A stretch of 20,000 nucleotides of DNA from Vicugna vicugna. Its lineage: Eukaryota. The number at the start of each line of letters is the position of its first letter. The first letter of the stretch is position 1. The position numbers and the translations under genes are program-made. Positions 10,606-20,000 of the stretch are shown here, piece after piece. The notes under the pieces were generated by a model that saw only the letters and a program-made list of their open reading frames with translations, was not told where the DNA came from and searched no databases. Location: contig MU057947.1 in NCBI GenBank assembly GCA_013265495.1, positions 1,239,826 through 1,259,825 of the forward strand. The letters run 5' to 3'.

Positions 10606-11324
10606 TCTCACTTGCCTGGAATCTTCCTGGTGGGGAGTCAACACAGGTGAGAAGCAACTTCCATTTTTCCCTCAGGTTCTACTTTCCTTAACTGGTGTCC
10701 CTGAAGGTGTTAATCCTCGTGAGAAATAACTCGTGTTTCTGTGAAAGTCACATGTGCTCTTGTAGGCGAGGAGACGTGGCGTCTTTTCCCGCACTTGGAG
10801 CATAATGCGGTTAAAGACAGAGCTTCCACGTGAACCACTGAAAGGAAAAAGGAACCCAGAGGAAGGTTTTAAAAAATTCTTTTTAGTAGAAGTCTGTTGT
10901 CCTAAAGCCCTGCCTCTTCTCTTGTGCTTAATCACCTGATGCCTCATGAACATCTCGGTGAGAAGGCTTCGTGGCTTTAAACAGGCTGAGCCCCCCGCTC
11001 TCGGGGACCCCCGGGTGCAGGGAGTCTGGGCACGGGAAGCAGGTGTGAGGTTCCCCCGGCCCCGCACCCGGCACGCATGGCCCCAGCTGCACACCCGCGT
11101 GAGTGCACCGCGATGGGAGGCAGGCGGGGCTGGGGGGAGGCTGTCCTCACAGAACGAGAATGGAGGAGGCATGGTGTTCCCCAAAGTGGGGGTAACAGCG
11201 GAGCCAGTGGGGTGATTTCAGCAGTGTTTTCAGTTTTAATTGTCTTGAGTTTATTCACATACGTTGGGAAAATGCTTGTATTTCTTTTACAGTGTAAGTT
11301 GGGGTTTTAAAAAATAAATTTATT

Positions 11325-12229
11325 GGGGAATTCTGGGCAGCTGAGGCATTGGTACTACATGAATCTGAGCATGTCCCCTCAGTCAGATAAAGAGGCATAA
11401 GAAACAAGGCTGTGCAAAACCACTGTCCTCAGCATAAACAGAGGGATCACACATCAAAATCCCCGTGATTAGGAAGAGAAGCCCCAGACAGTGGGCTGCT
11501 CCCCCCAACCCCGCTCCCGGGCCTCTGCGGGGAGTGAGTGCACTGCACAGGGCAGAGGGGCCTGGCAGTGGGTCTGAACTTGATGTAAAGCCACCGCAGG
11601 AAGAAGAAAGTCACTCAGGATGAGAATCCAAAGCTTCCTGGTAGATCAAAGTCCTTGCTGCAGAGAAGAGACTTGAAAGTGTGCCCTGGCGGTGAGGAAG
11701 TGAGAAAGCCACTTTGAGCGGCAACGCTCTGGGGGTGGGAAGGGGTTCACAGCAAGGAGAGGAGCCCTGAGAAGAGCAAGGAGCAAAGGGAATCCGGGAT
11801 CCTGTATGAAAAAAGCCCCAGAGTGTGCCCTCCTTCCTCCCACGGCCACCTCCACAGAAAGGAAATCCTCCATTCAGGGGGAACCACACTTCTGTACGCT
11901 GACAGAAATCAGGAAGGGGTCGTTTTAAGCTAAGGATCTTATAAACCCCCTTGATCTCCAGCCCTGGCTGCATAGATGCAGAGGCACACACACCTTTGTC
12001 TCTGCAGAGCTGCTGTAAGAAGGAAGAAGAAAGCGGGGCTCCAAACGGTCAGTGGGGACAAGACCATGTGAAGGGGTGAGCGCAGAGATCACGTCCAGAA
12101 CAAAACGTGTGCTGTCAGACACGCTGCGGTGGATAAACTAAAAATGGAAGAGCAGAGAAAGCACAGCAGTGAACAACACAACCACAAATAACAAGGCACA
12201 CACAATAGCTATGAGGCTCAAATAATGTG
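11325..12229 (+). mobile_element. Probable 5' UTR and inter-ORF part of the L1MC-like element
   Basis: Starts at GGGGAA just after TTTTAAAAAATAAATTTATT (L1 endonuclease-like TT/AAAA site). The right end CACAATAGCTATGAGGCTCAAATAAT joins seamlessly to ATGACAGAG... at 13483 once the L1MB insert is removed. The 5' portion is assigned only on general resemblance. Confidence 0.4.
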
Positions 12230-13480
12230 TTATTTCAGCAAATGGATGCTCACAGGCACGAAGACCGATTTAGACCTCTTTGTCACATAATTTACAAAAA
12301 TTAATACAAAATGGATCATGCATCTAAATGTAAGATCTAAAACTATAGAATGTTTAAATGAGTTTTTTAAGGAAAAGGTCTTCATGACCTTGGGTTAAGC
12401 AAAGATTTCTTAGCTAAGACGCCATATGCACAATCTATGAAAGAAAAAAATGATAAATCAGGCTTTATTAAAATTAAAAACTTCTGCCCTTGAAAACACA
12501 CTAGTGAAAAAATACAAAGACTGTCCACAAAGAGGAAGGAAATATTTGCAAATCACATATTTGACAAAAGCTTTATATCCAGGATATATAAAGAATGCTT
12601 ACAACTCAATAATAAGGCGAACAAAGAAATAATTTTAAATGGACAAAATGTTTGAATAATGTCTCCAGAATAGATGTATGAATGGCCAATAATCACATAA
12701 AAAGTGGTGGACGCCATTAGTCATCACACAGTGCAAATTACAATCACAACCACTTTAAACACACTGCAATTGCTCTGATCCAAACAATTATAACAAGTGT
12801 GGAGGAGGATGTGGAGAGGCAGGAACTCCGGTCCTGCTGGGGGGCACGTCAAGGCTGTAGCCGTTTTGGAAGATGGTTTGGTAGTTGATTAAAATGTTAG
12901 ACATGCACTCACTGTAAGACCCCACAGCTCTACTCTTGGGTATCCATCCAAGAGAGGAGAAGACATATGTCTGTGCAAGGTCTTGTATGTGACTTATGGT
13001 GAATTGTCATGGTGGCATGACCCATAATAGCCAGACATTGATAGCGACCCCAATTTCCATCACCTGGTGAATGGAGATGTGAAATGTGGTGTTCTGATAC
13101 GATGCTTCTTTGTTCACAAAGACAGAGGAAAGATGTACTGGTACTTACTACGACATGGGTTATTCTCAGTAACGTTATTCCAGGTGAAAAATAAATAGGT
13201 GGAGAACACCCTCATGGTCCCGTTTACGAGAAATATCCAGAGAAGGGAACCCTGTAGCGACAGGAAGTAGACGCGTAGTTGCCTGTACTGGGGGTGGGAC
13301 TAGCGAGTGACTTCAAATGGGCATGCAGCTATTTTGGGGGAGCAATGGAAATTTTTTAGAATTAGATGGTGGCATTGATTAGTTAGCTCTGTAAGTTTAC
13401 TAAAAATCGTTGAATCTTACACTTAAAGTGTGTGCATTTATGATGTGTAAATTATACCTCAGTAAAGCTGTTAAAAAATA
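12230..13480 (+). mobile_element. L1MB (L1MB7-like) 3' fragment: ORF2 end plus complete 3' UTR
   Basis: Typical L1MB text: AAAATGGATCATGCATCTAAATGTAAGA, CATGACCTTGGGTTAAGCAAAGATTTCTTAG, AAATATTTGCAAATCACATAT, and terminus TGTAAATTATACCTCAGTAAAGCTGTTAAAAAA. Flanked by AAATAATGTG (12220-12229) / AAATAATATG (13476-13485). Confidence 0.9.
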
Positions 13481-15860
13481 ATATGACAGAGTTTCAACCA
13501 AACCTCTCAGTCTTCTCCGTACAGGTGAGTGAGTTCAGCTCACTGTGTAAGAGAAAGTGATTTTCAGTTTGCTTCAGAAAGAAACTTCAAATGTATGTTG
13601 AAAGCAAGAAACTTACATAAACAAAAAGATTCAAGGATGATGAAAAAAATGACGTGTACTAAGTCATTGGGAACAAAAATGAAGTCAGGAATACTTCCAT
13701 AAGACCTAGCAGAATTCCAGATGCAAAACACTGAACGTGACAAGGAAGGACATGTGTTACTGCTAAAGTCCCGAATCACAACAAAGTTATAATAATTATG
13801 AATATTCACTTTACAAACAGTGAAACAGCCACCTTCAGAAAACAGAAGCTACAAGAGATCCAAGGAGACTTACACAGAAAAGGAAGATGCTGAGACAGCA
13901 GCCCCGGTCCGGGCTGGATAGAGGGGAGGAGGCACAAGTTAGAACGCAGAAGACGTGAATGACAGAGTCAGTGAGGCGGCGTTCTGGGCACAACGTGACT
14001 TACACACTCATGATCATCAACACATATGCACATCAAACACACACGAAATGTTAACAGTAGTGGACCGCGGGTTGAAAACAATATTGAGTTCCATGGAGTA
14101 GGAATGTTACAAAGAACACTCTCTGACCACAGTGCAATATGAGTAAAACATATTAACAAAAACAAAAAGAGACTTTCCATCAAAAACGTAAGGCCCTAGT
14201 AACACTTGAATGGCAGGAGAATAGAAACCAACGTTACAGAATTCACAAAAAGCGACAGTGCAAACACTTCATATCAAAATCTGTGGTTCATAGTTAAAAC
14301 TGTGATCTGAGGAAAACATAAAGCCTTAAATATCTTTATAAATAAAAGGATGACAATCGGTGATTAATTTTCCTTCTCAAAGAGCTAGAAGAGGAACCAC
14401 AAGCAATCCTAGGAACGAAACAGTGAAGATGAAGGCAGGAATCAGCAGACTCTCGTAACACGGTGAGAAGATGATGTCACAGTCTAAATGGGACTTTTTT
14501 CTGTTAATGCAGCATTGCTTTAATGTTAGAGAATCCATCAATATAATACAATACGTAGTCATAGAACTAAAAGGGAAATACACGGTTTCCTCCTTGGATG
14601 CTGAAGAAGTCTCTTACAAAACGGAATAACTTGTCCTGGTAAGAATGCTCTAGAATGTAGTAATCGACACCACTTTATTAACATGATAAAATGCATATGC
14701 TTTAGCCCTACAGTTTGCAACTTAATAAATCAGGAGCCATTTTCCAGAACAATCAGGAACCAGTTAAATGTACCCACAATCTCCACTACTGTTCAACCTG
14801 GACCACAGGGGGAGGTGTTAATTGTGCCCCGAGACATCTGAAAAGATCTCAGCCTTGTCATGCAATCAATGCAGATTAAAACTACACTGAGATGACATTT
14901 CTTACTTAACTGATTGACAAAAATGCTGAAATAACTTCTCCACTCTGTTGGTGGAGTCGTGGGGAAATGGGTGTCATTTGCTGGCGGGAGCGTAACCTCT
15001 TACACCCTTGTGGAAGGAGATTTAGCAATAGCTGAAAAAAAGTACATTTGTATTCTTCTTTTGGCCTAGAAATCTCAATTCTGGAAATTGACTCTGATGG
15101 TGCACTTCCTAAAATATAAAAATACACATTTACAAAGTCATGACTGCTACACTGTTTGTAATTACAAACTATTGGAAACACCGAAATGCTCCCAGCTAGG
15201 GGAACAGATAAGTAATCCCTAACTTACCCAAACTATGAAGTATTTACTCAGTAGCTTTAAAAAATAATGAGAAAGTTTTCTATAAGCTGGTATGGAGAGA
15301 TATCCAGGTTATATTATTAAGTCGAAAACAAAAGCCAAATGCAGAAGAATGTGGTATGCTGTTGTTTGTGTAAGTAAGAGAAAGGGAAACAGGAAAATGT
15401 GTGTGCATTTGTTCCTTTGTGAAGCAGACAAAGCACAGCCACCACACAGAGGGTCCTCCGGAGACCACCGGGACCAGTGCCCACCTGAGCGGGAGGAACT
15501 GGGTGAAGGACCAGAGGGACGGGGGAGGGGTGACATGCCCCCGGGTCAGTCTTGCCGTGCAGACTTCTGCAACCATGCTAACATCTTACTGCTCCAGAGA
15601 GGAAGTCAGCAAAATCAGCAAGGATGGGGCCACCTGGAACGGAACACACACAGAAGTAAAGGGACTTGTTCTCCCAAACGAAGAACACCCCCTCAGTAAG
15701 GCAGCGGGAGGGGCACGCGGTGGGGACTGACCGGGGCGACTTCTGCACGCGGCATTGGGACTCTCCATCCTTCAGGACAAAAGGCTCCCACTGCATTTGA
15801 ACTCCTCTTAGTGGGGTTATTTCTCGTAGAGCCATGGGTTAGCAATTCCAGAACTATTTT
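13481..15860 (+). mobile_element. L1MC (L1MC4/4a-like) ORF2 start, deleted ORF2 body and partial 3' UTR
   Basis: Endonuclease-region remnants (ATGACAGAGTTTCAACCAAAC, AACGTGACAAGGAAGGACA, ATATCAAAATCTGTGG, AAAGCCTTAAATA), ORF2 end (TGCAGATTAAAACTACACTGAGATGACATTT), and L1MC-type 3' UTR (TATGGAGAGATATCCAGGTTATATTATTAAGT, AAAATCAGCAAGGATGGGG, ATGGGTTAGCAATTCCAGAACTA). Confidence 0.85.
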
Positions 15861-16184
15861 TTAAAAAATTCAAGCAATACACGTTAGTAGAGGCACTGTG
15901 GCTCCTGGAGCAGGAGGAGGGATCCTGCGAATAAGGAGAGAGGAGGTGGGAGGAAGCGGGGTGTGGGGCTGAGTCTAGGGAGGTCTGGGTGAGTGCAGAC
16001 AGGTCTGTTTTGGGCAGCGAGGCTGTCCTCTGCCCCGTGGGACGTGCAGCTGCCGCAGCCCCCACGCACCTGGGCTGGGTGGCAGGAGGAGGCGGACCCT
16101 GTCCTGACGGTAGCTGAGCAGGGCGAAGGCCCCTCTGTCCGTGGTCTGGGTCACACTGATGGCAGTTGTACATATTTGTAGCGA

Positions 16185-16360
16185 CGCCGGCTCCCAGGGT
16201 TCCAACCCTGACTCCGCCCTTGCTACTGCTGAGAAGTCGGCGTCTCCACCCCTCCGTTCCCCTGTGTTCTGGGCGTCCCCTGACGCACGTGTGAAGTGCG
16301 GGGACGGCGTGGGCCTGGCCCAGCGTGCAGCTGTCGTCAGCGAGCTCTCAGCGCTCCTGC
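16185..16360 (+). mobile_element. Possible MIR remnant, strongly GC-shifted
   Basis: CAGGGTTCCAACCCTGACTCCGCC (~CTGGGTTCAAATCCCGGCTCTGCC) and CACGTGTGAAGTGC...GCCTGGCCCAGCGT (~CATGTAAAGCGC...GCCTGGCACATAGT). Confidence 0.35.
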
Positions 16361-16999
16361 TTTCCCTTGCCCTTTTTTTCCTAATGAAAACCAGTGTTTT
16401 TAATTCTTTGTGGACAAGGACGAGTGTTTGGGTTGCTGCGTGGGAAGCCAGCCCTGGGACGGTTGGAAACGTTTGTTTGCTTTCTCTTTCTGAACTGCTG
16501 CCTCTGGGACCCTAGCGGGTCCCTCTCAGGATGCCGGGAGATCTCAGCAGAGACGTTTGCAGGAGTCTGAAGTCATGTCTCAGCGTGATGGTGCCTTTGA
16601 AGGGCAAGGCTCTCTTTTCCTGGAGGACATCAATCTCTCAGAAGGCTGAGTGAGACGGTAAATTTGAGACCCAGACCTGGCAGCTGACAAGCAAATTGTG
16701 TGTTTGGGCTGCGGCACTTAGAGGGCAGACTGAGGTTAGAGTGGGCAGCGATGGAGGTGGGGCTGGGGTGGGCGGCGGGCTTGGCTTCTGTGGCTCAGTG
16801 AAACACGAGGGACGGCCAACAGCCGACAGCATGGGGCTGCTGTTGTGGGTGCTCTGAGCACCCTCGGCCCCACCACACCTCTGCACACCTTGCCTGTGGT
16901 CTGAGATGTGGAAACACCCTGCCCACCCAGCCTTTCCCTCTTGAGAAGCACCGGGGCAGGTCCTTATGGGTTAAACAGCAATCAAGAAACGATCAGAGT

Positions 17000-17327
17000 G
17001 TGTGGACTTCTTAGCGATGGCCTCTCTGACCAGGTGAGGTGACACCTCACTGCAGTTTTGATTTGCGTCTCTCTGATAACTAGCACGCTGAGCGCCTTTT
17101 CCGTGCCTGTTGGCCACCTGTGTGTCTTCCCCGGGGAAATGTCGTTCAGGTCTTCTGCCCAGTTTTTGATTGGGTTGCTGGGCTGGTCTTTTTGTTACTG
17201 AGTTGTGTGACGTTCGTATATTCTGGAAGTTAAGCCCTCGTTGGTTGTATAGTTTGTATGTATCTTCTCCCATTCAGCAGGTTGTCTTTTTGTTTCGTTT
17301 ATGGTTTCCTTTGCTGTGCAAAAGCTT
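17000..17327 (-). mobile_element. Inverted 5' segment of a younger cetartiodactyl-type L1 (ORF2 3' region)
   Basis: Reverse complement reads AAGCTTTTGCACAGCAAAGGAAACCATAAAC...GAATGGGAGAAGATA...AACTGGGCAGAAGACCTGAA...CAAATCAAAACTGCAGTGAGGTGTCACCTCAC, standard L1 ORF2 sequence. Confidence 0.92.
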
Positions 17328-17909
17328 GGTGGAATGTAATTTGGTGCAACCACTATGGCAAACAGTATGGAGGTTCCTTAAAAGCCTGAAAATAGACTTA
17401 CGATGCGATCCAGCAAACCCACTCCTGGGCATATATCTGGAGAAGACTTCAGTTCGAAAAGATAACATGCACCCCAGAGTTCACAGCAGCACTATGTACA
17501 GTAGCCAAGACACGAAAGCACCTGAACGTCCATCGACAGAGGACTGGATAAAGAAGATGGTGTATGTACACAATGGAATAGTGCTCAGCCATAAGAAGAA
17601 TGAAATAAAGTCATTTGCAGCAACATGGATGGACCTCGAGACGATCATACTAAGGTGAAGTAAGTCAGACAGAGAAAGACAAATATGTGATATCACTTAT
17701 ATGTGGAATCTTAACAAATGACACAAATAAACTTACTTACAAAACAGAAGTAGACTCAGACAGAAAACAGACTGGTTACTGGGAGAAAGGGCGGGGTGGA
17801 GGGACACATTTGGGATCAGCAGATACACACTACGAAACATGAAACAGACAAACAGCAAGCTCCTACTGTATAGCACAGGGAACTGTATTCAGGATCTTAG
17901 AACAACCTA
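17326..17909 (+). mobile_element. Sense segment of the same L1: ORF2 C-terminus plus 3' UTR
   Basis: Translates to [32 protein letters not shown] and KKNEIKSFAATWMDLETIIL (L1 ORF2p C-terminal motifs). The 3' UTR contains CAGCAGATACACACTA...CCTACTGTATAGCACAGGGAACTGTATTCA. Confidence 0.95.
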
Positions 17910-18378
17910 TGGCGACTGAAATAAACGCGCAGCCTGTAAGTTGAGACTTGGGTTTCGTTTGGCGGGAGGACTTGAGTCGGGAGGACGGTCTGGCCTCTCA
18001 GATGGCTCTGAGGCACTGCTCCGAAGAGGTGGGGAGGGGCTGGGATGATACAGGAGCTTTACAACAAAGACCAGGGAGTTGGAACAATAAAGACTGCTTG
18101 TTGTCTGAAGGAAGAAAGGCACTTCAAATTAAAGAATTTAGTGCTTTTCTGTGTGTGGGAGGGAGCAAACATTTGGGCTTCTTGAAGCCATTCCTGTGAC
18201 GAGCACCTAGCTGTCTAGGGCCAGTGTCCTGTCCTTCCTCGTTCTGAGTCCCCTCAGAGGGCACCACTGTGAGGGGCTGCAGGCTGGTCTTCACTGGGGG
18301 CTGGCGGCAGCCACTGATGACTTGATGGCTTCAGCATTCTTTGTTTACTGATACGGTTTGCAGTATTTTTCATTCACA
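17910..18378 (-). mobile_element. MER41-like ERV1 solo LTR (cetartiodactyl type), 469 bp
   Basis: TG...CA termini (TGGCGACTG...CATTCACA) and a perfect 4-bp TSD CCTA at 17906-17909 and 18379-18382. Internal GCCTCTCAGATGGCTCTGAGG-ACTGCTCCGAAGAGGT, AATTTAGTGCTTTTCT and CTTTGTTTACTGATA match recalled MER41_BT-like consensus. Confidence 0.9.
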
Positions 18379-18491
18379 CCTATAATGGAAAATAATCCAA
18401 AGAAGAATATGTACATGTATGTATAAGAGGGTCAGTACACTGTACACCAGAAACACCCAACGTTGTAAATCAACTACAGCTCCATAAAAAA
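18379..18491 (+). mobile_element. Terminal 3' UTR and short A tail of the younger L1
   Basis: CCTATAATGGAAAATAATCC...TGTACACCAGAAAC...TTGTAAATCAACTACAGCTCCATAAAAAA resumes exactly where the LTR interrupted the element. Confidence 0.92.
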
Positions 18492-18895
18492 GAGGAATGA
18501 TCAGAATTTGGGAAGAGTATCTTCCACAGCCGCACCACGCAGCACAAGTGTGTTCACATTTCCAGATATTTTGGTCCTTTTCTCTCCATATGGAGCCGTT
18601 TTATTTTTCTTACATAAGAATAACTAAACTTAGGCCTAGGATTTAAATTTCTGTTCTAATCTCGTAGCATCTCATCGTAAGCATTTTACGTGCTGTTGCA
18701 GAGTGTACGAGGCCATTATTTAAAAAGTAACATTTGTGATTTTCACAGGCGTGGTTTTAACAGCCTGGGTGAGGTGTAGCTGATACGGGATGATCCAACA
18801 CACCTAAAGCGTGTGCTCTGCTGTCTTGGCACGTGTACGCGCTCGTGACACTGCGACTCCCGCCAAGAAAAATGACGTCGCCCCCGAAGGCTTGC

Positions 18896-18914
18896 TGGTG
18901 CCCTCTGGTGACCG
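18896..18914 (-). promoter_or_regulatory. CTCF-like motif (sequence match only)
   Basis: - strand CGGTCACCAGAGGGCACCA. The core TCACCAGAGGGCAC matches 13/14 of CCASYAGRKGGCRS. Confidence 0.35.
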
Positions 18915-19577
18915 TGCCCTCCTGCCTCCAAAGCCCCCTCTTGCTTCTAGGCACCCCCTTACCTGCTTTCTGTCACTGTATCATGGTCTAAATCTTCTAG
19001 TTTCACAGAAACGGAGCTGTAGGGCACGTGTTCTTTCCTGTCGAGCGTCCTTCAGCCGAGTGACTGTGCCCGGGTGCGTGCACGCGGTTGCGCTATTGCC
19101 GAGCAGCAGTCCCGGGCGCGGGCGTGTCCCTTAGCCTGTCTGCTCACCTGCCCGGGGGTGTTTGGATTGTTTCCACTTTCTCACTGTTGCAAATAAAACT
19201 GCTCTGCAAATTCATGCACACCAGTTTTTGCACGGATGTGAGCTTTCATTGCCTCGGAAAAACCCGTGAGTGGAACGGCTGGGTCCTAGGTAGGGGTACG
19301 TTTGACCTTTAACCTTTGAGGAAATTGCCAAGCTGTTTTCCAAAGTGGTTGTAACATCTCATGTGCCCCCACCAGCTGTGTGAGCGTTCCCCGCTTCTGC
19401 ACCGCCTCTCTGAGGTCAGTCTCACTAATTTTAGTCTTTCTAATCGGTGGGAGGGGTGTCTCACGGTGGTTCACTCTCACTGTGTTTCCCCAGTAACTCA
19501 CGACGTGGAACCTCTCTTCGTGTGCTAATTTGCCACCTGTGTCTTTTTTTCGGTGGAGCGTCTTTGTGTCTTCTGCC

Positions 19578-19598
19578 CATCATCATCATCATCATCAT
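19578..19598. repeat. (CAT)7 microsatellite
   Basis: Seven perfect CAT units inside the L1MB remnant. Confidence 0.97.
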
Positions 19599-19959
19599 CT
19601 TACTGTTTTTGATTGTTGAGTTTTGAGAGTCCTTTATATATTCTGGATATGGGTCCTTTTTTCAGACGTGTACTTCAGTATTTCCTCCAAGCTGCGCTTT
19701 GCCTTTTCATTTTCTTAGCAGTGTCTTTTGAATAGCAGAAGTGTTAAATTTTGATGTGGCCCCATTTATTGATTTATTATTTCATGGGTTGTGCTTAGAA
19801 TGTCATATCTAAGAATCTTTGTCTCACTCAAGGTCACACAGATTTTGTCTCATGTTTTCTTTGAAGTGTTACAATTTTGGCTTTTATATCTATGTCTTTT
19901 ATACAGTTTGAATTGCCTTTTGTATATAGCAAGAGGTGCGGATTGACATTCTTTTTGCA

Positions 19960-20000
19960 TGTCTGTGTGTATGTGTCTGTGTATGTCTGTGTATGTGTGT
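19960..20000. repeat. Compound (TG)-rich simple repeat running off the window end
   Basis: TGTCTGTGTGTATGTGTCTGTGTATGTCTGTGTATGTGTGT. Confidence 0.85.

Larger units (their letters stand above)
18755..19960 (-). mobile_element. L1MB (L1MB8-like) 3' UTR plus ORF2 end, antisense
   Basis: TTTTAACAGCCTGGGTGAGGTGTA (~TTTTAACAGCTTTATTGAGGTATA), CTGCTTTCTGTCACT, CTGTTTTCCAAAGTGGTTGTA, TTTATATATTCTGGATA and GTCATATCTAAGAA. The - strand ORF contains MLQPLWKTAWQF. Confidence 0.9.

Noticed and set aside
10641..10680. Donor CAG|GTGAGA followed by a pyrimidine tract and CAG acceptor
   Set aside because: Only ~30 nt apart, too short for a mammalian intron, and no coding frame support.
17170..17658. 162-aa ORF with recognisable protein motifs
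   Set aside because: Chimera of antisense L1 sequence and the decayed L1 ORF2p C-terminus across the inversion junction; not a host gene.
18540..18730. Possible very old antisense L1ME 3' remnant
   Set aside because: Resemblance too weak to call by eye.
1..20000. CRISPR arrays, operons, prokaryotic or viral gene systems, intact retroelement ORFs
   Set aside because: No regularly spaced repeats, no gene-dense organisation, and all retroelement coding remnants are frameshifted or deleted.

Overview
Non-coding, repeat-rich mammalian genomic DNA, very probably from a camelid (alpaca/llama/camel): it carries a tRNA-Ala-derived Vic-1-type SINE and a cetartiodactyl-type L1 3' end. I found no credible protein-coding gene. 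The ORFs in the track are chance ORFs in GC-rich DNA or decayed L1 ORF2 pieces. Positions 1-7100 are mostly GC/CpG-rich unique sequence with old L2, LTR (ERV1-like, MLT2) and MIR remnants. Positions 7100-20000 are largely stacked and nested LINE-1 fossils (L1ME-, L1MC-, L1MB-like and a younger 5'-inverted L1), plus a SINE and a MER41-like solo LTR, several with readable target-site duplications. The most notable signals are sharply patchy AT->GC remodelling of old repeats (suggesting GC-biased gene conversion), an unexplained ~475 bp non-L1 patch inside an L1, and a candidate enhancer block. I see no evidence of a new biological system. Repeat family names come from my recall of consensus sequences rather than a search, and boundaries without TSDs are approximate.
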